Source of the DNA: Candidatus Hermodarchaeota archaeon
Lineage (GTDB): Archaea > Asgardarchaeota > Lokiarchaeia > Sigyniarchaeales > SOKP01
NCBI GenBank assembly: GCA_048885525.1
Contig: JBHLLP010000017.1
Coordinates: 1-64,000, forward strand
Length of the DNA: 64,000 nucleotides
Direction of reading: 5' to 3'
Shown here piece after piece: positions 9,091-19,520 of the stretch. Under the pieces are notes generated by a model that was not told the origin of the DNA, did not search any database, and was given only the letters and a program-made list of their open reading frames with translations. Numbering within the stretch: position 1 is the first letter of the stretch; every line of letters starts with the position of its first letter. Position numbers and translations under genes: made by a program.

Positions 9091-10128
9091 ATGGCAAAAC
9101 TCGCTTATTTTGATGCTGATGTTGTCACTCCAGAAGAAATTTTTATGGCTGCTGGATTCACTCCCTATAGACTTCTAGGAGATCCCATAATTGAACATGA
9201 TAAAGTTAATGAGCATGTACCGCCTACACATTGTGTTTGGGCAAAGAATGTCCTTGAACAAGCGATGAGGGGTCTTAACCCTGATATAAAAGGAGTCATC
9301 ACAAGCCATTCTTGTGATTGTACTAACCGAGAATTTGATATTTGGGTTGAAACAGTTGATTGTGACTTCCTATTTTATTTAAATGTACCATTAAAGAGAG
9401 ATAAGATTGCTTTGAATTTTTTTTTAAATGATCTTAAAGAAATGATATCTCAAATCGAAGATAAATTTAAAATTAAAATTCATTCTAAAGAGATTAGCGA
9501 TGCAATCAAATTAAATAATCAAATCCGTAAGTTATTAAAAAAAATCTCTGAATACAGAAATAAAATGATTTTGAAAGGATCAGAATTTCATGAATTAGTT
9601 AAATTATCACAAACAAAAGATAAAGAAAAAGTGTTAAACATTTTAAAAGAAAAACTGATTGAATTGAAAAACAAGGGTTCTTTTCCTGAAAAGAAAATGA
9701 AGCGGATATTGCTCACAGGTTCGGTTATCGATGATACAGATTTTTTGAGATTTTTAGAAGATAAAGGATTTCAAGTTGTAACAGATGATTTATGCATAGG
9801 CTCAAGATACTTTTGGAATACTATTGAGGAGGATAAAGATCCTATAGAAGCTATTGCTGAATATCATTTAAGCAAACCATTATATTCTACAAAAATGCCC
9901 TCTTATGAGAGATTTGAATTCTTGAAATTTTTAGCCGAAAAATATGAAGTAGATGGTGTTATTAATATTGCAATGAAATTCTGTGAACCTATGCTTTATG
10001 ATCACCCATATATGAACAAAAAGTTTAAGGAATTGGAAATTCCATATCTCTTTATAGAAATGTTATATAATAGAGAACAGTATAAACAACTATCAACGAG
10101 ATTCGAAGCTTTTGCTGAGATGATTTGA
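9091..10128 (+). CDS. 2-hydroxyacyl-CoA dehydratase family subunit (HgdB/FldC/BcrC-like)
   Basis: HSCD, DDLCIGSRYF, VDGVI...KFCEP, QLSTRFEAFAEM. Confidence 0.85.
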   Translation: MAKLAYFDADVVTPEEIFMAAGFTPYRLLGDPIIEHDKVNEHVPPTHCVWAKNVLEQAMRGLNPDIKGVITSHSCDCTNREFDIWVETVDCDFLFYLNVPLKRDKIALNFFLNDLKEMISQIEDKFKIKIHSKEISDAIKLNNQIRKLLKKISEYRNKMILKGSEFHELVKLSQTKDKEKVLNILKEKLIELKNKGSFPEKKMKRILLTGSVIDDTDFLRFLEDKGFQVVTDDLCIGSRYFWNTIEEDKDPIEAIAEYHLSKPLYSTKMPSYERFEFLKFLAEKYEVDGVINIAMKFCEPMLYDHPYMNKKFKELEIPYLFIEMLYNREQYKQLSTRFEAFAEMI

Positions 10129-10139
10129 AGGTGATATGA

Positions 10140-11405
10140 ATGCCAGAAAAGAAAAGTAAAATGTTAAACGCTACACAAGGATTGAAAAATATTATGGGTA
10201 GGCATTATTTAGCAATTGAACAAGCCTATCGAGATGGAAAGCCAACAGCATGGGCTACATCTGGATGTCCTGTAGAAATTCTCTATTCTATGGATGTCCA
10301 ACCAATGCTTCCCGAAAATTCAGCTACAATTTCAGCAGCTCAGAAGTATTCTAAAAAATTTATTGAGTTAGCTGAAGAAGAAGGATTTTCTTATGACATG
10401 TGCAGCTATTTCAAGACTAATGTAGGGGCAGTAATTGAGGATGTAGACGTATATAAGGGAGGCATTAGAAAGCCTACATTTATGTTATCTAGTGATGTTA
10501 TCTGTGATACTCATAGCCATTGGTTCCAAGTTCAAGCGGAAAGGTTTGGAGGTGTTCCACATTATATTATCGACGTACCTCATGTTGTAAGTAATACAAG
10601 TAAAAAACAGTTACATTACTTTAAAAAATATGTTCAAGAGCAGATGTGGGAGCTTCTAGATTTTATCCAAGAGCAAACTGGTAATGAAATTGACATGGAA
10701 AAATCAAAAGAGGTAGCTGCTAATTCTTATGATCTTAGTTCAGTCTGGAGAGATATATATGAATTAAGAAAAAATGTTCCCTCACCAATTTCAACAAAAG
10801 ATACTTTTGGAGGGCTATTTCCATTATTTACCATGCCCGGTTTGAGAGCTCCAATTAAATTGTACAAGAGGATGTATAGAGAAGCTAAAGAAAGAGTGGA
10901 AGCTGGACAGGGTGCACTAGAGAATGAAGAATTTAGATTAATGTTTGAAGGAATACCATTTTGGTATCAACTTAAGTATTTCGCAATGTTAGAAAGATTT
11001 AATGCAGTTATTGTTTATGAACCTTATACTTTCGCTTTTTCTAAATTCTTTTCAAACCCATTTGAAGAATTTTCAAAGGAAAGGTTATTGAAAGATCCTA
11101 TCGAATGCATGAGCGCGTTAATGCTAAGTTTCTGGTACATTTTTGATCTCGAAACTAGGGTAAAGTGGTTTAAGCAAACAGTGAAAGATTGGAAGGTTGA
11201 TGGGGTGATAATGCATAATAATGTATCATGTCGACCTAATACTACCACTTTCTATGATTTGAAGCGCCGGTTAAGTGAAGAGGAAGAAATACCTTCCCTC
11301 ATAATTGATAGCGACCAGAATGATCCAAGAAAATTTAATGAAGTTCAAGTATCTAATCAAATTGAAAGTTTTATTGAGATACTAAGAAAGCGGAAGAAAC
11401 AATAA
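10140..11405 (+). CDS. 2-hydroxyacyl-CoA dehydratase family subunit (HgdA/FldB/BcrB-like)
   Basis: PEN, DMCSY, ICD, VDGVIMHNNVSCR, DSDQNDPR; GGTGA SD upstream. Confidence 0.85.
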   Translation: MPEKKSKMLNATQGLKNIMGRHYLAIEQAYRDGKPTAWATSGCPVEILYSMDVQPMLPENSATISAAQKYSKKFIELAEEEGFSYDMCSYFKTNVGAVIEDVDVYKGGIRKPTFMLSSDVICDTHSHWFQVQAERFGGVPHYIIDVPHVVSNTSKKQLHYFKKYVQEQMWELLDFIQEQTGNEIDMEKSKEVAANSYDLSSVWRDIYELRKNVPSPISTKDTFGGLFPLFTMPGLRAPIKLYKRMYREAKERVEAGQGALENEEFRLMFEGIPFWYQLKYFAMLERFNAVIVYEPYTFAFSKFFSNPFEEFSKERLLKDPIECMSALMLSFWYIFDLETRVKWFKQTVKDWKVDGVIMHNNVSCRPNTTTFYDLKRRLSEEEEIPSLIIDSDQNDPRKFNEVQVSNQIESFIEILRKRKKQ

Positions 11406-11510
11406 TTTTTTTTATCCTTTTTATCTTTTCGTTCACATTGGTGAAATATAAAAAAGAGTTAAATATAAATTAATTCCTAAAATCTACTGAAACTAGATGA
11501 TCATAATTGA

Positions 11511-13184
11511 TTACCTAAATATTACTCCTTCAAGGGGAGTTAATTTAATATTTCCATCATAAGCTTCTGGATTTAAAGCTTTTCTATTAGGCAAGGTTGA
11601 AAATAAAAGTTTTGGATCTAGACAGGGGCTTTTAATAAGTAATTCCTTGTTTGAAAAATTTAGGTATATATAAAGTTCTTGTGCATCTTGAATCCTTCTA
11701 TATACCAAGCACTTCTTTTTTAATTTCCCGATTTCAATGAACTCAAATTTCCCTTCTTGTAACGCGGAGTTTTCCTTTCTTACTCTTAATAATCTTTTAT
11801 AAAAATTCAATAATGAACTTGGATTCTTTTCTTCATTGGAAACATTTATTTTTTTATAATTATCTGAGACTCTTAACCATGTTTTAGCCTCAAGATTAGA
11901 AGAAAATCCAGCATTAATTTCATCATTCCATTGCATTGGAGTTCTACATCTATCTCTCGTTAATGAAAATCCTATTAATTTTGCTATTTGAGGAACGGGG
12001 AATTTTGAAAATTTATGTCCTAATGGGTCTTCACTTTTTTTTAATTTAAAACTTACATTTGACATTCCAATTTCCTCACCATAATATATATAAGGAACTC
12101 CTCTCAATGTCAGTTGAAGTGTAGCTAATATTTTTGCTTTTTGAAAGTCATTTTTTAGGCATGAGAGATATCTATCTCGATCATGATTTCCAAGCACATA
12201 AGTAGGAGTATAGGGTAAAGGCAGAATTTGTTCAATTTTGGAGATGATTTTAGCAATTTTTATTGGACTAAAAGACAATGCTGCAGATGTAAACTCAAAC
12301 AGAAAGCTCATATTTAGACCATTATTATTTGGACCATAATAATTTCTTAAATCTTTAATTGTACCAAAGGCTTCTCCAACCAAAAATCTCTCAGGGTCGT
12401 ATTCTTCCATTATTTCTCGTAATTTTAACACAAATTCAAAAGTTTCAGGAAGATTTAAATCGTATTTGTGGAGTTGAAACATTGATGCTGCCTTTTTATC
12501 AGACAAAGTCAAAATCCAAGTAAAAGGATTATTTCGTAACTCAATGTCTTCATATATAGCATGCAAGATATCCAATCGAAATCCATCAACTCCTTTATCT
12601 AACCAAAATCGTATAATATCAAACATTTCTTTCTTGACTTCTGGATTTCTATAATTTAAATCAGGCTGGAATGGTAAAAAGTGAAAATAAAACCATTGAT
12701 CCGTATTTTCATAATATTGCCATGCTGAACTTCCGGGTATCGCTTTCCAATTATTTGGTGGTTTCTTCCCACCAGGTTTTTTTCCATCACGCCATATATA
12801 CCAATCTCGTTTTGGATTATCTTTATTTGAAGCAGATTCTAAAAACCAGGGATGTTTAATTGAAGTATGATTAAGTACAAGATCTAAAACAATTTTCATG
12901 TGTCTATCATGGATTTCTTTTAATAATTTATCGAAATCACTCATAGTTCCATATACGGGATCAATTTTACGAAAGTCTGATATATCATAACCGTGATCTT
13001 GTTGAGGAGATACAAAAAAAGGACTGAACCATATAGTTTCAATTCCTAACTCTTCTAAATAATCCAGTTTTTCAATAATACCTTGGAGATCTCCAATACC
13101 ATTTCCAGTAGTGTCTTTAAAAGATCTGGGATAAACTTGGTATACTACAGTTTTTTGCCACCATTTATAAGATTTTGCAGCCAT
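11511..13184 (-). CDS. GH13 alpha-glucosidase / oligo-1,6-glucosidase
   Basis: YQVYPRSF, DLVLNHTS, QPDLN, GVDGFRLD, VGE, GNHD, RDRCRTPMQW. Confidence 0.95.
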   Translation of the reverse strand: MAAKSYKWWQKTVVYQVYPRSFKDTTGNGIGDLQGIIEKLDYLEELGIETIWFSPFFVSPQQDHGYDISDFRKIDPVYGTMSDFDKLLKEIHDRHMKIVLDLVLNHTSIKHPWFLESASNKDNPKRDWYIWRDGKKPGGKKPPNNWKAIPGSSAWQYYENTDQWFYFHFLPFQPDLNYRNPEVKKEMFDIIRFWLDKGVDGFRLDILHAIYEDIELRNNPFTWILTLSDKKAASMFQLHKYDLNLPETFEFVLKLREIMEEYDPERFLVGEAFGTIKDLRNYYGPNNNGLNMSFLFEFTSAALSFSPIKIAKIISKIEQILPLPYTPTYVLGNHDRDRYLSCLKNDFQKAKILATLQLTLRGVPYIYYGEEIGMSNVSFKLKKSEDPLGHKFSKFPVPQIAKLIGFSLTRDRCRTPMQWNDEINAGFSSNLEAKTWLRVSDNYKKINVSNEEKNPSSLLNFYKRLLRVRKENSALQEGKFEFIEIGKLKKKCLVYRRIQDAQELYIYLNFSNKELLIKSPCLDPKLLFSTLPNRKALNPEAYDGNIKLTPLEGVIFR

Positions 13185-13332
13185 ACATTATTTAACATAT
13201 ATTTATTTTAATATTTGATTAAAGATCAATTAAAAGATCTGGGTTAAGTATAGAATAAAAGGAGTTTATCTAAAATAAAGGAGTTTAACCCTAATTATAT
13301 CTGTAATAAATTAATTTTAATTATAATTTTTA

Positions 13333-13683
13333 TTAATTTGCTATTTTAACATGCGCATTAGGAGTAATTATCAAATATTGATCTCCAAGTCTTCCCATAC
13401 TCCCTCCACTTTCTCTTAGGAAGGACTTTAAATCCTCTATTTGCCTTTTAAGCTCTGAAACATCAACATTTTCAAGGATTTCTTTTGCATTAATGATTAA
13501 TATTTTTCTTTTTATTAATTGATTCTTTATATCTTCAACCTGATTAAGATTTGTAAAGTCATATTTTCTTATTATAAAATTCTGGAGTAATGAAGAATAT
13601 TCCTTTGAAAAACCCATCGTTTCTTGTGGTGAGCCTAATAGCTCGTTATCTTCCTTTTTTCCCCAAAGTTTACCCATTAACAT
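13333..13683 (-). CDS. sepF: Archaeal SepF-like cell division protein
   Basis: DIKNQL...ILIIN, GGSMGRLGDQYLIITPNAHVKI; GAGGT SD. Confidence 0.75.
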   Translation of the reverse strand: MLMGKLWGKKEDNELLGSPQETMGFSKEYSSLLQNFIIRKYDFTNLNQVEDIKNQLIKRKILIINAKEILENVDVSELKRQIEDLKSFLRESGGSMGRLGDQYLIITPNAHVKIAN

Positions 13684-13810
13684 AACCTCAATATTTTTTC
13701 TGGAAGGAGTCTAAAATTCTTATAATCAGTGTATTAATAATCTCTAAGAAACATAAATAGAAGAAATATTGAGATGCATATCTGAATAATACACAGAAGA
13801 CAGTGAGGTT
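13684..13810 (-). promoter_or_regulatory. Putative structured leader of sepF-like gene
   Basis: Three inverted-repeat pairs: 13684-90/13804-10, 13687-700/13760-73, 13729-36/13787-94. Confidence 0.35.
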
Positions 13811-13851
13811 TAGGAAAAGTTTTTATTAGTATATTTACCAATGTTTTAAAT

Positions 13852-14388
13852 ATGGATCTAATGAAAAATGATTTTATAGAATTTATTAAACAAAGAAAAA
13901 GTGTTAGGAGTTTTATCTATCAAAAAATTGATAAAGAGACAATACTAAACATTTTGGAATGTGCGCAATGGGCGCCGTCTGGGAATAATAGCCAACCATG
14001 GCGAGTTTGTATAGTAATTCATCCTACAGTTAAAAGAATGCTAGCAGAACTCTCTGAATATGGTGGTATTATTGAAGATGCATATGTTAATTTAGTAATA
14101 TTCTTGGATCTTGAAAGAGGATATGATAGAGTAAAAGATCTTCAAGCTATTGGAGCCTTCATTGAAAATATTCTGTTGGGGGTTCATGCACTAGAGCATA
14201 TTGGTGGTGTATGGATAGGAGAAATTTTAAATCGAAAAGACGAGGTTAATGAGATTTTTAAATTTCCAAAAGATAAATTTGAGTTAATGGGTATCATTGC
14301 CATAGGATATATCGATGAAGCTCGAGAAAAAGTACGTGAGAAAGAAAGAAATAGGCGTTCTTTAGACGAGTTTATCGATTGGTATTAA
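13852..14388 (+). CDS. Nitroreductase family protein
   Basis: RKSVRSF, WAPSGNNSQPW, ENILL, IAIGY. Confidence 0.92.
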   Translation: MDLMKNDFIEFIKQRKSVRSFIYQKIDKETILNILECAQWAPSGNNSQPWRVCIVIHPTVKRMLAELSEYGGIIEDAYVNLVIFLDLERGYDRVKDLQAIGAFIENILLGVHALEHIGGVWIGEILNRKDEVNEIFKFPKDKFELMGIIAIGYIDEAREKVREKERNRRSLDEFIDWY

Positions 14389-14423
14389 ATAAATTAGTAT
14401 ATAAATTGATTTTCTAGTTCTCA

Positions 14424-15743
14424 TTATTTTATTTTTTGGTCTTCTATAGATTCTACTAGGTAAGGATTGATAATACGGATCCCTATAACAAAAAATGATA
14501 TTAAGGACCACTCAACAATAATTGAAATCATAAACGGAGCTTGAGGGCTAATAGTCTCCCAGACGATTCCTCCCAAGAATGGTCCAATAATCATTCCAAT
14601 TGACTCAAAAAGAGTAATTGTACTAAAAATCTTTCCACGATGTTTGATTGAAACACGGCTAAGAACATTAATAAATATAAATCCAGCAGTTAACATTATT
14701 GTATTATCAAATATAAGTAAAAAAGAAAAAAACCATAAATCTTGAGTATAAATAATAAAAAAGGTTATAATACCTCCAAAAAAACTAGCTATTGAAATTC
14801 CAAGATAAGGATTAACTTTATCTGCCATTGTACCTAATTTAGGTGCTATTAAAGCTCCTATTAAAGCTGTTGGTAAATAAAACCAAGAAACTACAGACGG
14901 ATTGCTATTAACATTTTCTAATATATATGGTTGAATATAAGGACGATAGAATCCAACATTTATTGCACTTAAAAAAAGTCCAGTAAAAACTAGAATAATT
15001 CCAAGCAAAAAAGCTTTTTTTAGCTTTGTTTCTAATGCTATTATAGGAGACTCCAATTCTTGTCCTGATTTAACTTCATCCAAATCTTCTGGATAAATGA
15101 ATTTTTTATGTTCATCCACTTTTCGTGAGAATTGAATTCCTGCGTAAAAATTAGCAATTCCATATATTGGAATTGCACCATATATTATAAAATCATTAAG
15201 TGGTGTGAGAATATTCGCTATACTAAAGATAGTAAATCCTATTATTGTTCCAAGTACCATTCCGATGCCTAAGGCAAATCTTCTTTTTCCAAAAGCAGAA
15301 GATCGATGATATTTTGAAGATTTTTCAGAAATTATGGAATCCAATGGATTCCAGAAAATATATGCTCCCAGACCTAATAAAAATGCACTAATATACATCC
15401 CTATTAAAGAATGTAGTATTATTGAAGTATAGAGCCCAAAGTAAGATAAACCTCTACCAAAAGAACCTATCATTACTAAAATTCGCTTAGAAAAACGATC
15501 AGTTAAATATCCAATAAAAGAGGAACTTATTAAACCACCAAGAGTAATAAATGAAAAAAACAAACCAAGGTTTGGAGCAGGATATTTTAAAACCTGTTTA
15601 ATTAAGTAAGCCATAATAAACTCGATAAAGAAGAAGCCGAGTGAATTCCAAACTACAATAAATATAACTGAATTGAAATCAGAAGTGAATTTATGATGGT
15701 ACGGTATCAATTGCTTTTTGTCATTCTTTATAGTTAACCGCAT
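14424..15743 (-). CDS. MFS transporter
   Basis: About 12 TM; GYLTDRFSKR motif A; HRGK. Confidence 0.9.
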   Translation of the reverse strand: MRLTIKNDKKQLIPYHHKFTSDFNSVIFIVVWNSLGFFFIEFIMAYLIKQVLKYPAPNLGLFFSFITLGGLISSSFIGYLTDRFSKRILVMIGSFGRGLSYFGLYTSIILHSLIGMYISAFLLGLGAYIFWNPLDSIISEKSSKYHRSSAFGKRRFALGIGMVLGTIIGFTIFSIANILTPLNDFIIYGAIPIYGIANFYAGIQFSRKVDEHKKFIYPEDLDEVKSGQELESPIIALETKLKKAFLLGIILVFTGLFLSAINVGFYRPYIQPYILENVNSNPSVVSWFYLPTALIGALIAPKLGTMADKVNPYLGISIASFFGGIITFFIIYTQDLWFFSFLLIFDNTIMLTAGFIFINVLSRVSIKHRGKIFSTITLFESIGMIIGPFLGGIVWETISPQAPFMISIIVEWSLISFFVIGIRIINPYLVESIEDQKIK

Positions 15744-15869
15744 AGGATTAATTTAAAAAAAAAAGCAAGGAAAAAAAGATTTACGTTTATGAAGATTCTT
15801 TTCAATTTATTAATCTGATTTAGGAATTTTTTTTAATTACTATTCTCGTTGTTTTAAATATACTCCTTC

Positions 15870-16523
15870 TTATAACCAGAAGTGAATTATCGGTGAGAAA
15901 GTCTCTCCAAGCCAATAAAAGAACGTAACCCAATATGTATAAGTAATACCAAGATACAAAAGGGCATATAAAGTAGCAAAAACAAATCCAAAAATTACAT
16001 CTATTGGGAAATGTACTCCAAGGATTAATCTTGAAATTGCCATAATAATGTCCAATATAATAAATACAATTAAAATAATCCAAAAATAGTTTGTAAAATA
16101 ATAAGCAAATATGAAACCAAAAAATAATATAAACGTTACATGCCCCGAAGGGAATGATTGCTTTTCTGATTCTTTCATTATGTAGGGAATTCTTATAAAA
16201 TCATCGTGTTTCTTCACACCTTCTTTTTGAAGTGTAATAAATGGACGGTTTCTTTTAATAATTTTATATCGTATAATAATATGAATAATGATACTTTGTT
16301 CAAAACCACCAGTAAACAGAACCCAAAGATAATAATCTTTTGTAACATATCCGTAGAAAAACCATATTAACCATATCAATCCCCAAAAATACATAGAGCC
16401 AAAAAAACTATATAGAATGGCGAACTTTTTAGTTCTTCTGCTAAAATCACTTTTATAAATACTTAAGAATGCCCGGTGGTCCCAATCTTCTATTTTTCCA
16501 AGATATTCGGATAAGGTTGACAT
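15870..16523 (-). CDS. PAP2 family membrane phosphatase
   Basis: KRNRP, SFPSGH, SRLILGVHFPIDV. Confidence 0.92.
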   Translation of the reverse strand: MSTLSEYLGKIEDWDHRAFLSIYKSDFSRRTKKFAILYSFFGSMYFWGLIWLIWFFYGYVTKDYYLWVLFTGGFEQSIIIHIIIRYKIIKRNRPFITLQKEGVKKHDDFIRIPYIMKESEKQSFPSGHVTFILFFGFIFAYYFTNYFWIILIVFIILDIIMAISRLILGVHFPIDVIFGFVFATLYALLYLGITYTYWVTFFYWLGETFSPIIHFWL

Positions 16524-16873
16524 GATTAATTTTTGAGTTTATTCTGGGGCAGGATTTAGATAGTTTACAAAAATTGATATTTATACTTTTTGCTACTCTT
16601 AATCATCTGGATTAATTTTATTATTCCGAATATAATTAGTATTATTTCAAAGAAATAACTTAGTTAAAAGATTTTGAAAAACTTTAGAGTCATTTTCACG
16701 TCTATCATTAATATTTAGAAATCACTTCCTTCCAATAATTTGGAATTTTAAAAATTTGAAGCTTGCTGCACTTATTGTATTGGTATGTAGAATCAACAAG
16801 TATATATATTAGAATTTATTTTTTTAATTTATATGAATTAAACTTATGATTTTCCAAGAATTATGATGTAATT

Positions 16874-17392
16874 ATGACTGAAAATAATGCATTCTCAGAA
16901 GAAAACCTAAGAAAAATTGCTGCGCAAAAAGTTAGTTTTAGATTCTCTGTTAGGATTCATGTAGCTATTTTTATCATTGTCAACATTTTACTTTTTATAG
17001 TAAATTTACTTTTTACACCGGGATTTTATTGGATTATTTTTCCCTTTTTTTCATGGTTAATAGGTGTCAATATGCACATTTTAGCATATCTCTTATATGC
17101 AAGAGGAGTTTATCCGATGGCTAAACGAGGAGTAATTTATCATTTTATATCTTTTGTATCTGTTATGTTATTTCTGTTTATAATTAACTTTACGACACTT
17201 TCTGAATATTATTGGGTTATCTTTCCTGCTATTTTTTGGGGTACAGCTGTTATTTTACACACAATAATTTACATACAATACTTTAGTGGTAAGGCTGAAG
17301 AAGGCGGGAAGCTCAGATCAAGAAAAGAGCGTGCAATTGAAAAAGAATTAGAAAAAATGAGAAAAAAACAAAAAAGGCAACAGCAAGGATAG
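16874..17392 (+). CDS. Tandem 2TM-domain membrane protein
   Basis: Two copies of H...VN..LF.IN....YW..FP...W.....H; ends IEKELEK. Confidence 0.75.
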   Translation: MTENNAFSEENLRKIAAQKVSFRFSVRIHVAIFIIVNILLFIVNLLFTPGFYWIIFPFFSWLIGVNMHILAYLLYARGVYPMAKRGVIYHFISFVSVMLFLFIINFTTLSEYYWVIFPAIFWGTAVILHTIIYIQYFSGKAEEGGKLRSRKERAIEKELEKMRKKQKRQQQG

Positions 17393-17399
17393 TGTCAAA

Positions 17400-18032
17400 A
17401 TGTGGTTAGGGAAATTTTTAGATCTTGAAGATGATATTGAAGAATTAAGTTCTCTTATTAAAAAGGAGATATTTGACAACCTTCAAAAAAGTAAACTTAC
17501 TCCTCTTGAATTCACAATTATTGAGACAATTTTCAATAGTAAACAACTTTCTGGTTATGATTTAATAAAAAATTTAAATAGAAGTTTCGCAGGTACATGG
17601 GAAGCTCAATCTGGTACGATATATCCAATATTAAGAAAATTAGAAAAAGATGGATTTTTAAAAGCTAAGAAAGTAAAAAGTCCAATTGGACCATTAAGGA
17701 AAGTCTATTCATTAACTGAAGTTGGAGAAGAACTATTGAAATTTAAGGTAAACAAAAATTACTACGATCAACTTAAGTTTGTTGAAAATTTCTTAGTAGA
17801 ACTCTCTTCAATATTTATTCGGTCATTTCCAAGTGTAGAACAGAGCCAAAAGATAGTAGAAATACAAGATGCCCTAAATGAAACTTTTAAAAATGTGATG
17901 CAAAATATTCCTCCAACATTAGAATTTAAAATAACATGTAATAATTGTGGAGCTGAAATTGGTCGAGAAGTTGCTTATTGTCCTCAATGTGGAAAATCAC
18001 TATTTGATGAAAAAGAAAATAAAAAAAATTGA
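17400..18032 (+). CDS. PadR family regulator with C-terminal zinc ribbon
   Basis: SGYDL, GTIYPILRKLEKDG, RKVYSLTEVG; CNNC...CPQC. Confidence 0.9.
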   Translation: MWLGKFLDLEDDIEELSSLIKKEIFDNLQKSKLTPLEFTIIETIFNSKQLSGYDLIKNLNRSFAGTWEAQSGTIYPILRKLEKDGFLKAKKVKSPIGPLRKVYSLTEVGEELLKFKVNKNYYDQLKFVENFLVELSSIFIRSFPSVEQSQKIVEIQDALNETFKNVMQNIPPTLEFKITCNNCGAEIGREVAYCPQCGKSLFDEKENKKN

Positions 18033-18050
18033 TTAAATTAAGCTCTTTAA

Positions 18051-19352
18051 TCATTCAATTTCGATACCGTATTTTCTGAATATTTTTTTAAGCTCATCAT
18101 CAGCAAGGTGCTTTAAAATATCTTCTAATGGGCCTATAACTTCATCTTTTTTAGTAGTTCTGTTCTTAGATATCCTTCCCTCTTTCACTTCTAAAGCACT
18201 TTGAGCCCAACTAAACTCATCATTAAATGTGAAAAGAACTCCTTTATAAGCTCCTTCTGTTCCTCCATTTCTCGCAAGTGGTTTTTTTTCTACCGGTACC
18301 TCTGGGTCTTGTAAATAACACCAATCAAGTATTACCCATTCTAATTTTCTTTCGGATTCGGGTCTATCAGCGAGATAAAGACAATATGCATGACCTCCTA
18401 CTTCTGTGTCGGAAGGGGCAAATACTGGATCTGCCAACACTTCTGCGGCGGCTACTTTTACACGCCAACTGGGAATTCCTGCATTGATTAATAAAGCTGC
18501 AATCAGGATTGCTCCATCCTCACAATCTCCAATCTCTGCTTGTATACTCTCGAATGGGAATAGCCAAAATTCTGGTACCTCAGCAGTTAAATCATCATAT
18601 TTATATTTAAGAAAATTACACACGAAATCTTGTATTGCAAATGCTGTTTCGTTAGGAGTTTCTTTTCTTAAACCCACCTGGGTTATAACATGCCATAAAA
18701 TTGCATCATTTTTTTTAATAAATACCTTAACATCCACATCGATTTGTTTCTTATACTCTTCTGCCCTCAATGCTCTGCCAGTGTATATGATTGGCGCAGT
18801 TTCCCATTTACTATTCCAATACTTTGGGCCAAAATCTCCATATTCTCCTTTAAATTCCTCGATGGGTACATAATCAACCTTAGGAATAGGTGATGGAGCA
18901 GGTTCCTCTTTCTTTTCTGGTTTCTTTGTGGGTTTCTTCACTTGTTTTTTCTCTGGAACACCTGAAAGGTTATTAGCATCCTTAATCCAATTTTCAATTT
19001 CCTTTTGCGAAGGAATTTTTGCGAGAGCTTTAGGATTATTTTTTTTTAACTGTTTTAATTTTTCTAATGTATTTTTTGGATTTCTATAAGCAAATTCCTT
19101 TATTGAATCTATACCAATAAGGTTTAATGCATTTGCCATTTCAGGACCCATACCTTGAATTTGCATTAGTTCTGCATGTTCCTGCCAAGTATCAAGGGTT
19201 TTTACAGCAACACCAACTTTTCTAGCAAGTTTTCCAATTTCACCTTCAGTAAGTGGAATTAAATCTTCTGTACTTGATATCCCTTCCTTTTCTAAAAGCT
19301 TTGCATGCTTTTCTTCTAATCCAATAATCTCTGTTAATTTCAATTCTCTCAC
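18051..19352 (-). CDS. DUF4332-like HhH domain + transglutaminase-like cysteine catalytic domain
   Basis: N-terminal HhH repeats (IIGLEEKHAKLLEKEGI; IQGMGPEMANAL); GDCED, GHAY, ILDW triad. Confidence 0.8.
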   Translation of the reverse strand: MRELKLTEIIGLEEKHAKLLEKEGISSTEDLIPLTEGEIGKLARKVGVAVKTLDTWQEHAELMQIQGMGPEMANALNLIGIDSIKEFAYRNPKNTLEKLKQLKKNNPKALAKIPSQKEIENWIKDANNLSGVPEKKQVKKPTKKPEKKEEPAPSPIPKVDYVPIEEFKGEYGDFGPKYWNSKWETAPIIYTGRALRAEEYKKQIDVDVKVFIKKNDAILWHVITQVGLRKETPNETAFAIQDFVCNFLKYKYDDLTAEVPEFWLFPFESIQAEIGDCEDGAILIAALLINAGIPSWRVKVAAAEVLADPVFAPSDTEVGGHAYCLYLADRPESERKLEWVILDWCYLQDPEVPVEKKPLARNGGTEGAYKGVLFTFNDEFSWAQSALEVKEGRISKNRTTKKDEVIGPLEDILKHLADDELKKIFRKYGIEIE

Positions 19353-19520
19353 TACTTATTATACAGATAATTTGAATTTGATTAGTAAAAATATTGTATG
19401 CTTAGTTTAAATTCTTTTTCTAAAAATACTAAAAATAGGATTTTTGGAGTCTTAATGAAATTATTCTTTAATTTAATTCATTTCGAAATGGATAGAAAAT
19501 TCTTTTTTTAGCTATTCACT

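Noticed and set aside
13241-13292. Short direct repeat (ATAAA(A)GGAGTTTA x2) inside GGGTTAA/TTAACCC
   Set aside because: Only two short copies in AT-rich DNA; not a CRISPR array; could be an operator but unsupported.
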